A stretch of 52,332 nucleotides of DNA, counting the filler, from Trichosphaerium sp. ATCC 40318 (taxonomy: Eukaryota > Protista > Tubulinea): assembly GCA_038496445.1 (NCBI GenBank). It is 3 parts of 3 records of this genome, joined end to end, with 100 filler letters (N's around TTAATTAATTAA, not from the genome) between each part and the next. Parts side by side here need not be neighbours in the genome. Positions count along the whole stretch, not along the records: positions 35,001 to 52,332 come from JALMLS010000617.1; 2 more parts are not named here. The stretch is one strand, 5' to 3'. Both the position numbers and the translations under genes were made by a program. Position 1 is the stretch's first letter; each line of letters starts with the position of its first letter. Positions 39,485 to 49,909 of this stretch are shown here, piece after piece. The notes beneath the pieces were generated by a model. It did no database searches, was not told where the DNA came from, and saw only the letters and a program-made list of their open reading frames with translations.

Positions 39485-40625
39485 AAGGTTGTATTAGCTT
39501 GCTTTTTAACTATTGTGTATCAAATAAACGAGTTTGTTATTTAAACTTGCTTACTTACAGTGTTGTTCACACAAGTCATTCATCTAATGAGGTTATTGGT
39601 TAAAACCAAACCTACCAATGAGTAAAAATGTAAGCAATAGAAGTCTATATTTTAATATCTCATTTTTTTTTTTTGTTTTTTTTGACGCGAAGGTAGTAAA
39701 TTGAGTGGTTGCAAAAGTGTTTTAGTATTTACACGTGCTAGCCATTTACAAGTACAGTCTTTAATACTCACTAAACACCCGAAATCCGGGTTAACTCCTC
39801 ACGTTCAATATTTGTAACTGTATCAACAACGTGTTTGGTAAGGAACTTATTATCCCATTAAGTACATCTACCAGTTTCAGTGTACTAGATCGCACTTTGT
39901 TGTGCTATAAAGGAGAACTGGATGGAGTGGTGAGAAAAAACACTTCCATCATTCACCGGCGACTGAGTACTCAATTTGGTGATGGGAGACAAAGCACTTC
40001 CATTACATTTCCAGATTTTACTCACTCCCGAAAAAAGACTCTTACTCACAAAGTTGTTTCACCATTGTATATACGCTTTATAGTAGCTGGTAAGAGCATT
40101 ACTGAGTAAGTCAAAAACTATTGCACTGATTTACATCCGACCTTGTTAAATAATACTACTCAAATAAAAACAAATACAAGAATTGATGACACGTGACTAG
40201 ATCACATGATATCTTTTTATAACGCGTGCTGCATTCACCTAAAATTCTTTAGAACTTTTGTTGTAAATGGCAGTGAAACGCACGGTACAGTTTCATATCT
40301 CTGCCATGTTTTTAACGCTTTGTTTTTAGTTAAATACCGAAATCTCAGCACACCCTTCTCTGTTAAACCTTCCAGTAGAGCTACAACTTGATATAATAGA
40401 CTTGGATACTAATTTATACTTACATTTTTTTTTTTAGAATAAGAGGCAGCGCGCTAGCGCCTACTTTATTACATAGGGATTTTTACATTGGATAACGACT
40501 TACAAATGTGCGTGTACAACAGGAAAAGCCAGAGTGTCTAGGAGATTCGATCAAGCCAGTACAAAGGAACACCAGAGAAGCCAAATATACGGAACCAATG
40601 AGATAATAAAGCAGATCACTGAAAG

Positions 40626-42561
40626 CTATACCTGGTTAAGTTTTTTACGCTCTTCGTACCAACGAGCCCGTAGATTTTGGATGTTAGAGAGAGAGGTATC
40701 AACACGCTCACCAGCTACCACTTTTTTCCGCCAGTGTGCTTCCAATTCAGTGCGAAAAGCCGACTCCAAGTCGGGTTTGAGAATAGAACCAGAAGTTGAG
40801 ACAGGTACCTTGGGAGCAGGTGAAGAAGAAGGAGAAGGCCTAACCAGTGGTGGGTGCGTACTTGGACGCTGGTTAGAGATGGTAGGTCTAGGCAACACAC
40901 GTGGTTTTTTGTTAGCTACTCGTTGGGGACCTACAAAGCTTCGCTTGCCCAACTTGAACTCATCGAGGCCAGACTCGTCCAAGAACTCAATACTTCTTGC
41001 CTTTTTTTGAGCTGCCAGATAATCTGCTTTGCCTTTGAAAATCTTAAAAACCAGATAATTTTTGTGACGCTTAATAACTTGGAACGTCTCCAACCCTTCT
41101 ATCACCTTGGAGCACCAAAAAACGCACCCATTAGAGGCCAGTTTGTGTTTTTCTGTGAGCCAGCGACGGAAGAAAAGAAGCTTGACATCCATAACCTTAC
41201 AGAACTCGGTGCATAATAATAACATGTCATTGCCTGACTCAGTATTGTGGAAGCCCGAAATCACAATCTTGGTACAGTTGTGGGCAATAGTGTACATGTT
41301 GACGCCTCGGTTTTGAAATGAGCGTCTGATGTTTTGGATGCGGTCATTGTCCAGCTTACTCATATACACAGCTACAGTTAGTCCAAATTCATACTCCCTG
41401 GCAGTCACAACTGTATTATCCTTGTTTTTGCAGATGTTTTTGACGATGATATCACTAGCCTCCTCGAACGCCTTTTGAACATCCACTGGAGCTTTGGACT
41501 CACCGCTACCCTTACAGTACTAAAATGAAAAGTGTAAAAATAGCGATAATCACCCCCAAAAATCTCGGGAATTTTAGACCCTCATTATCGGCCAATTTCA
41601 TCCAAAAATCACGGGGTGAATTATCGCAAAAATCTCCAGTGTAATTCTCGCAAAAATCTCCAGTGTAATTCTCACAAAAATCTCTGGTGTAATTCTCTCA
41701 AAAATCTCTGGTGGTGAATTTCATTAAACGTCTTATACAAACACAATATTTATTAAAGTTTTACAAGTAAATACAAATATTAGGGGTTAGGGGTTAGGGG
41801 TTAGGGGTTAGGGGTTAGGGGAAAATTACAAGTCGTCTCGCTCTTATTGTTGAATCGTATGCTGTAGTTAATTTTGTACAAATAATTAGTACCACCTAAT
41901 ATACCCATGTAATCATTAATGCGCATACATTTAACCACGTACTTGAAAGTTTAATGATATTTTGGCTTATTGTTAAAGCGCTGTAATAAAAATGGTTAGT
42001 ATGGCATTAATTGTGTTTATGGGTTAATATAGAGAGTTTTGTTAAATAATATAGAACGCATCTTAAAATGTTAAGTTTGCCATATCAAATTGACCATGTA
42101 CTTTTTTTACAGAGATTTTTTGTATAATTGCAGTTTATTGAGATTTTTTTTAAAATTACACAACAAAAGAGAGTTTTTGTAAATTTACACTTTTGTGTCA
42201 GAGATTTTTCATAAAATTACACACCAAAAGAGATTTTTTGTAAATTTACACTTTTACTACAATGTAATTTTTGTGGAAATCTCCAAAATTACACGTTTTT
42301 TGTGTAATTTGTAGGAAATCTCTGCAAAATTCTCAATTTATTTTTAGTACTGATAGTAATGAGGTCTGAGTAGATCTCCACCTTAACGATCCAAAGAATA
42401 AGACCCTCTGTACCTTCTTGTTTTAGTCTCGCAGACTGTGCACTCTCGATTGTTTGGACCACATTAATAAGCGCATCCTTAACAACACTAACAGTTTGTT
42501 GTTGTGGCAAACTATTGGCTAAATCAGCCATAGCACTGTCAATGGTGGAGTTGTTGGCCAT
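40626..42561 (-). CDS. ORF1-like protein (365 aa when 42561-42353 is joined to 41514-40626), interrupted by the MITE
   Basis: 209+889=1098 nt, in frame (...YSDLITI-KGSGESKAPVDVQ...). The TVAVYM...TKIVISGF...FCKVMDV...YLVFKIF pattern recalls RRM-type ORF1 of L1/Tx1 elements. Pro/Ser-rich tail. Confidence 0.65.
41515..42352. mobile_element. 838-bp MITE with 11-bp TIR CAGTACTAAAA, subterminal repeats and an internal telomere-like array
   Basis: CAGTACTAAAA...TTTTAGTACTG. 24-bp tandem x4 (AAAAATCTC core) on the left and inverted GAGATTTTT copies on the right. Precise removal restores the ORF. Confidence 0.85.
41780..41821 (+). repeat. (TTAGGGG)6 telomere-like repeat
   Basis: Six perfect 7-bp units. 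Confidence 0.95.
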
Positions 42562-42879
42562 GTTCCTGGTTTGGTGAATAGAGTGAGCAACACGTATACA
42601 CTAGAATTTTCAATGAACATCGGAAAATTAGATTTAGCGAACATGAAAGTGAAGACAAATGGCCTATAGGTCCTAGCGACCTGCGACAAGCATACTACAA
42701 ACACTTTGTAACATTTTGGGCTCAAAGGGCCCAAAGTGTTACCAAGACATACAGGGATACCCTAGGGCGTAAAATATGAGAAAGAAATAAAATAAGTTGA
42801 AGAGAAGCTGCAATCACCAGGCAGTTAAGCCGGCCTCCTACTAATTTATACTTACAATGGCCTCTTCTTTCAAAACAAG

Positions 42880-43939
42880 CAGGTCTAAAAAAATATACCA
42901 GTTTTTTTGGTATATACCACTTTTATACCACTTTTTTATACCAGTTTTTTATGGTATATACCAAAAAAAGTGGTATATTTTGACCGAAATATACCAAAAA
43001 AAGTGGTATATTGACCAAATATACCAACAATATACCAAAAAAAACAGGTATAAAAACAGAAAATATACCACTTTTTTTCACCAGAAAAAAAAAAATATAC
43101 CACTTTTTTATACCACTTTTTTTAGGTATATACCAGTTATATACCACTTTTTTATACCAGTTTTTCATGGTATATACCACTCTTATATACCACTTTATGC
43201 TTACTTATAGTACACCTGCAATTCCAGAAAATACACTTTATTTAATACACAGTTTGTGAGTTACAAGTTTTGGACAATGTCCACTACAGTTACATTACTA
43301 TGGGCATCTGGAAAATTCGTCCATCTCCATGAGCTTGCTGTACCTACTGTAAAAACATGCTGCGCACCTAATGAAAGTGGTTCCACCTGAATCTATCAAT
43401 TACTAAGGCCTACGGAGGTCGGTTAATGTATATCAAACGAAAATAAAATAAAACTTTGTCTGGTACCCACGAACGTCTGTATAATACCTGCAATATAGTT
43501 TCCTCAATGTTGGTACTGGAATCAGGTCCTGCGGTCCGAATGAGCTTGGTTTGGTTAGATTCTATGATATACTAAGGTCCCTACGCACCGTTCAATGTAT
43601 GACGTCCATGATCGTTCAACAAGAAAACCCATTACCAAAAAGCTCCTTAATGACCTTCTTGAAGCATACCATAAAAGTGGTATATACCAATAAAAAGGTG
43701 GTATATACCACATACCATAAAAAAGTGGTATATACCACTTTATATACCATTTTTAGAAGGTCTCATTATGTGAATGAAAAGTGGTATATACCACTTCTAT
43801 ATACCACTTTTTTATTCACTTAATTTTTAAAAAAAGTGGTATTTCAAAATGGTATATACCAGTTCATATACCATTTTGTTGAAAAAAGTGGTATATACCA
43901 TAAAAAAACTGGTATATACCACTTTAATTTTTAGACCTG
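42880..43939. mobile_element. 1060-bp CAGGTCT-family non-autonomous TIR element, 2-bp TSD (AG)
   Basis: ag|CAGGTCTAAAAA...TTTTTAGACCTG|ag, with GGTATATACC arrays at both ends. Removing it with one AG restores the host frame and the paralog's residue spacing. Confidence 0.92.
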
Positions 43940-45115
43940 AGGAGCAATGGCAACAAGGTTTGATTATGATGTTAAAAAACATGGCAAATGGACACAGCGT
44001 TATAAATCAAGGATTTTAGTTCAAGAGAATTGGAAACATGGTAAACTTCATGGTCTTCAGAAGGTAGGTATCGTTGTATTGATAAAATATGTGAGCAATG
44101 TCATTATGTGGATGACAAACGTGATGGAGAGTACAAGTCATGGTATGAGAATGGTCAATTAATGGAGCTTACTCAATATGCCAATGGTGAATTTGAAGGA
44201 GAGCGTACCAAGTGGCATTATAATGGTGAAATAAGTCTTAACTGTTTCTATGTCAATGGTAGACTAGAAGGAGAATACGGAGAGTGGTATAATAATGGAC
44301 AGCTGAGAGAACAATGTCATTTTGTGAATGGTAAACAAGTAGGTGAGTACAATAAGTGGTGTAAGAGTGGCATCCTGGTTAAGAAGAATCACTATGTTAA
44401 TGAAAAATTAGAAGAAGAGGTTACACCCCAGTGTACTGGTAACACAATGATAGAGAAAGATGATACAGATATACTTAATGATGATGCACTATTTTCTTAC
44501 CATCACAGCAACTGTAAAATTCATCAACACGACTATTCGTTTTAGCTGTTCATAAAAAAGTAACTTACAGTTTAACGCAATTTATTCATGCTTGTTTAGC
44601 ACTTAAACTAAACATTAATCCAGCACCAACAATATTGTTAACATATATACTAGTGTTGAGTCTGTAATTTGAGCCTCACTAGGAACTAGTGATATAGACA
44701 ACTAATATGTCAGTTCTTTGCCATTTTTGTGTGAGTAAGGTTGCTGCTTTAACATTATGAACTATTAACAATCGAGATTTTGTAGTCAGCTATGCCAGGC
44801 TTTGAAAAGACATGCAACGATGTACACTCTTACACGCTGTCATGTTTCAACTGACTAATAGAGGTAGGTCACGGGAGTTGCTGTCCGTATTAGTAGGAAC
44901 TTTTGCTATTAATAGGAGGAAACACCTAACATCTGGCCAATACTCTCAGTCAAGAACTACAATCTAGATCGAACAACAGAGGTAAAGCAAGTATGGAATT
45001 CACATCGGAGACTAAACATGTGGCATTATTCACATTTATCCTATTTATCCGCTTGTTTAAGCTCGTGGTAAGTTAAGTGCACGAATTAGCATTGATTGGT
45101 AACTGCTAGCGGAAA

Positions 45116-48100
45116 ATGAAACAAAGTCGTATTTTAATACTGATAATCTCATTTACGTACATACTTTCCACGTGGTCCCAAAAGCCTACTTTACGTATTG
45201 GTACTGTTTTTGTAAATGATGGGTTTGTTGCTGCTATTCAGAACCGTATAGTACAAGGACAACAGATGTGGCAAGAAGAGGTACCAAGGAATATTCTTAT
45301 TACAATAATCTGACTTTATTTTATTCAGGTCAATGATCGCGGAGGTATCGTCATAAATGGCACCGAACATCTTGTCGAAATAATCAAAGTTGGAGTTCGT
45401 ACGCCGCGGAGTTCGTACAGTTTTTTTAATAATACCAACAACCTGTAGCACAATTTCCTTGGAGTGCATCTATAAACGGTACAATGGAAATTATAAATCA
45501 AGGTGTTGATTTTATATTGCTGGTACGAATATTGCGCAACAACACGTGGTACAGCAAATTCACTAATGAAGTTTAGCCTTTTTCATCTGAAAGGGGAGAA
45601 TTGGGTGCTATTGTGGCGAACGAGCATAAAATCAACTCAATAATACGCACGTGATTAATTTATTTTTAATTTTTGCGCTAGTTGTTTTTTATTAATATTC
45701 GAAAATAGCATCCGCCGGTACACCGTCTGTATTTATCTGTGACAAAGTATTAAGACCGCCGTGTGCTGTTCCTTTTGGGAGAAGGTTTAAATACTCTGTT
45801 GGATTGACTCTACCAAGTGTAAAGCACTACACCGAATCTCTTAATCTGTTAGCTAGTCATGGTGCTCGTACTGTAGCCGTCATTTGGGAAGGTATGTTCA
45901 AACTCTTTTCTACAATTAAAGAGTTTACCAGATACTTAGATTTGTTGATTTCGAATGCCGTGATAGAAGGAACGTTGAGATCTATTTCATTTCTAAATCT
46001 ACAAATTGTGTACCAAAAACAAATACCATATACTGCGATCCCAGCTCTTCGAAGAAGTACAATGCGACCGATTGTCGAAGAAGTCAAGGAAAAGAATCCA
46101 GGCGCGCATAAAAACAAAAACAAAAACTTACACATTGAGAGAGTCTAACATGAGGAGCACCTTTAGATATCATAGTGATGGCAACAATTTTCGCTTGTGA
46201 AGATTTTATTGTTCTTGCAAAAGAACTTGATTTTAATGCAAACGTACGTACTGAATGACGGACTCTTCAGTTGCTGGAAGTTGCAAATCATTTTTAGTTC
46301 GTTTTTTGCACTTCTCGAAACACTATTCTTCAACGAGCTATTTTGGTCTAACTTTGTTAAAAGGCATATTTATTTTCGGCTCAATGTATTGGACTACTCA
46401 TAAAGAATACTGGTGAAGACTCAAAGCATGTCTTGGCTGGTGGATTTATAGTAAGATATCTATCGTACACTGTGATGTATTGTTTAACTTATTTATGTAG
46501 TGGGATGAAAGGTTGAGAACTGATTTATACGATGAAACTGACAACAACACAGCATTCCATCATTTTGTAAGCAATGGCACAATTGCGTCACCAATGATAT
46601 TCAATGACAAGTATACACAACGGTTTGGAGAAGCACCAGGTACTGCTGGCGCTGAAGGATATGTTTCTGGATATGTCATTCAATATGCTTATGAAACTGC
46701 AAAGTACGATACATACTCCTTCACTTTTCACGTGAAACATCACAATCGCGATTAAGCGCCACCCTTTTTGGAAGTAATGTTTTGATTTTAGCACCTTCGA
46801 CAGCGATAAACTTCAAATGACAATTGATGCTATGGATATCACTGGGTTTTATGGAGAGGTTGCGTTTGATAGGTTTGGTCAGAATCTTGGAAGGAATGGA
46901 TTGACGTACCAAGTCGGAGATGATCTCAGTTTTGATATTGTTGCTCCTCTTTTCGCTGCAACCACACAGTTGGTTTATCCAGTTCCAAAATGGAATGAAC
47001 GTCAAACAACTTTTGGATGGTACAGTACGTACTTTGTTTGTTGTCTCATTTTGGATATTGATTGTTCTGATTCATTATTTTCAAGAACAAACAAGTGAGC
47101 ATGTGATGCTTTGTTTGGTCAGTGCTGTAATATTAATCACTTGCGGTCTCATTATCTGGGTGTTAATATGTCGCCACAATCGAGTGATACGTGCTTCACA
47201 ACCACTGTTTGTTGTGCTTACTCTTGTACGTGTATCTAACTCAATGTAATACCTATCACGTGATGAATTACGAGTTTAATATGCTGTGAAAAAGTCTGCG
47301 CGATTTGATTTCTCAAAATCACGTGATAGGCTGCGTTTCCGAAATGTACTCATAGTTCTGTTTAGATTGGAACAATATTCATGTATGCGGCAGTGTTTTT
47401 TTGGACACTTCATACAGATGACGTTCATTGTAATGTTGTCAGATGGCTTCTAGGAGTTGGCTTTGGAGTAAGTAGAATTTATAAAGTTTGTTGAATAATG
47501 CCTGACACGTGATTAGTTGACTTATGGAGCAATGTTTGCTCGTATTTACAGAATTGGTCAGATATTTCTTGAAAAAAGTTTGGAAGTCTTCAAAGTCACA
47601 AACATGATGATCATTCCAATTGTTACTGGTATTGTCACCACCGAAGTATTAATATTAGCTGTGTGGACAGGCGTGAGTCCATCAAGAGCTGAACGAGAAG
47701 AAGTGGCACCATACATTCTATCTGATGACTACTTTGATTGTACCAATACAACAATAGATACAGTCTTCATATCAGTGCTCCTTGTATTCAATGCATCAGT
47801 GCTGCTGTACGGTATTTATTGGGTTTATAGAATATGGAGATTGAAGGCAGTTCTGTACAACGAATCAAAGTACGACAGTAGCAATATATTTTAAACACTT
47901 CTGACTGTTTAATAGAGCGATTGGTTTTGCCGTTTACACTCTTACGTTCTTCATCATTATCTTGATCATCATTCAGGTACCTTACCCCAAGTCTAACACT
48001 AAGAGTCATGTACGGCGTTAATAGCCTGTTAGGTGTTTGGCAGTAGTAATCGTTCAGTTGCGTTTATTCTTCGTTCATTGTGTCTTATTCTTGGACCTTT

Positions 48101-48374
48101 CATCTCCATCTTATCAATTCTTATTCCGAGAATGTACTACATGACACTGTCGAATGAAGAGATTGATAGAAGTGATACACGCAGTAACAGTGTAAACAGG
48201 AACACGGTTACCTCAGAACATTCAAAGCCGAACGCACACCTTTCAAAGACAAGTGTAAATGTAGAAGAGCTTCAAGCGACCATAGAAGTGCTTCAACATG
48301 AAGTAAAGAAACTGAAGAAAAACCTTGCGAAAGCATTACAATCAAGTAATGACACAAAAAATGAAGAACTCTAG
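45116..48374 (+). CDS. Class C (GABA-B-like) GPCR with N-terminal periplasmic-binding-protein (Venus flytrap) domain
   Basis: Signal peptide. VNDRGGIVING, TGFYGEVAFDRFGQN (PBP1 fold). VIRASQPLF, WLLGVGFG/LTYGAMFARIYRI, YNESK (7tm_3). C-terminal coiled coil. Confidence 0.9.
47252..47330. repeat. 79-bp intronic segment bounded by the 13-bp inverted repeat CCTATCACGTGAT
   Basis: cctatcacgtgat...atcacgtgatagg; absent from the matching intron of the second GPCR copy. Confidence 0.6.
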
Positions 48375-48439
48375 TTTGTAAATAATTTTATGTTTGTAAT
48401 AATTAGTTGTGGCGAACTATTTTTCCGTCATGTCACAAC

Positions 48440-48670
48440 TTTTCTCTGAACAATCCAATCCATAAATACACCTCCTTTTTCACAAAGAACTCTACAATGA
48501 AGACTTTTCGATTCGGGAATAGTGAAGAAATATGTAGCATACTTTGCAGTTTCATAGGCGTATCCAGAAACATATCCTTAAGCACCAGCATACCCGGTTC
48601 TTCTCCAAAGCTTTGCGTATACGTGTTGAATATCATTGGTGACACAATTGTGCCATTGCTTACGCTGGAA
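48440..48670 (-). pseudogene. Inverted degenerate fragment of a GPCR exon
   Basis: The reverse complement matches ~46570-46710 (caatggcacaattg..tcaccaatgatattcaa...ggatatgtttctggata...tatgaaactgcaaagta) with indels. Confidence 0.85.
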
Positions 48671-49222
48671 CTCTGCTATTGTATTTTAACACTAAGCCTA
48701 CTTTTTAAAAGCGGCCTGATTTATCACGCATGTGACTTACTGCTCTTATGCTTGTAAATGACTCCAGGATAATAGCTTGCAAGGTTGCACCAGGCTACCT
48801 ATGTTCACAAACTGCACCAGTGCTAACACAACAACACATGGTGCCTCTGGTACGTAAAGATTAGATGAATGCTCCTTAGCCCTACAAAACATAATGTAGA
48901 TCTCACTAACAGTGCACCGACGTACCGTCTAAGGACCATTTTACGTCTATGTAGTCGAAGAGGTGAAGATAAAATTCTTGTAAAGAATATTAACAATGGT
49001 AAATTACCAAACGCAGATAGACAAACACTATCTTCGTTACAATCAAACTTTGATTTCTCACTGAAATCAGCTGCACTAAATGAACCAACTCGGACAGTTT
49101 AATGACTAATAAGCGATATCTCAGGACTGGACTCGTATCGGTGTTTGCCACTCTAACAAGTTTTACTATTTTGCAAACTAAAATTGATAAATTTTATACT
49201 TGTTCAACAATACTTCAAACGC

Positions 49223-49565
49223 AATGACAGAAGCAAACAATGTCGAACCTCAAGTAAAGAAGCTCCTAGAAGAATGGACAGAACACTGTGAGATCGTTAC
49301 TAAAAGGAGGTCAAGCACTCATAGTCGTACAAACCATGAAACGTTCAAAACAATAGTAGAGATTGGTAAACCCGCTCTACCAACAATATTCAAGTCATAC
49401 GAACAAGAAGAACACAATTTGCTCTATTTCTTCCTTTTAGAAGCAATCATAGCTGGAGACATTTATAGGGATGTCCCAGGTGTACGACAACAGAATAAAG
49501 AAGATTGGATGGCCTATGCAAGGGAAAATGGGTATTTGCAAACTTACACAGAATGTAAAGAATAA
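49223..49565 (+). CDS. Small intronless helical hypothetical protein
   Basis: Clean 113-aa ORF with the pattern W..H...SS......H..F..IV.IG..ALP.I...LL..I...W..Y.RENGY. Confidence 0.65.
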
Positions 49566-49909
49566 ACTCCATAAATAGACAAGACATTTACTATTTTGTA
49601 ATCAAGCTCATTTCTTTCACTCAAAATCATTTGCAGTAAAACAATATCTCAAACATAGACGCTAGATATTCACCAATGATTTGATGCCATCATCTGTTAA
49701 TTGAGACAGTTTTAACATGCACATACGTACGTGAGCCAAGACTCCTTTGACATAGCTAAAAGAACTGATCTGTATTCAAATTGACCTTGTCTATCCCATT
49801 TTCTGAAACCATCTCTCCTCTGAACCAGTGGTAAATCATCACTAGCGCATAGTTTAAGCTCGAAGTAAGTTAAGTTCTGTTGAATCAGAATAACGGTTAA
49901 CGGCTGACA

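Larger units (their letters stand above)
40425..42838 (-). mobile_element. ORF1-only polyA retroelement (HAL1-like), 1576 bp after removing the nested MITE, 18-bp TSD
   Basis: TACTAATTTATACTTACA is duplicated at 40407-40424 and 42839-42856. A11 tail at 40425-40435, preceded by AATAAA and a GC-rich hairpin. 5' end GGAGGCC. Single ORF, no RT. Confidence 0.88.
40267..44545 (+). pseudogene. F-box-like + MORN-variant repeat gene disrupted by three insertions and a frameshift
   Basis: Joining 40330-40424, 42857-42879 and 43942 onward gives LLNLPVELQLDIIDLDTNLYLQWPLLSKQGAMATRFDYDVKKHGKW, collinear with the paralog at 13372. MORN repeats at 44108-44410; frameshift near 44065. Confidence 0.88.

Noticed and set aside
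39750-40170. Possible MITE with ACTCA motifs starting TA|CAGTC
   Set aside because: No matching right terminus found.
40430-40465. Helitron 3' end (hairpin + CTAA)
   Set aside because: The 18-bp TSD and polyA tail are explained by retrotransposition; Helitrons make no TSD.
41780-41821. True chromosome end
   Set aside because: The array is short, internal and flanked by paired TIRs within a restorable ORF.
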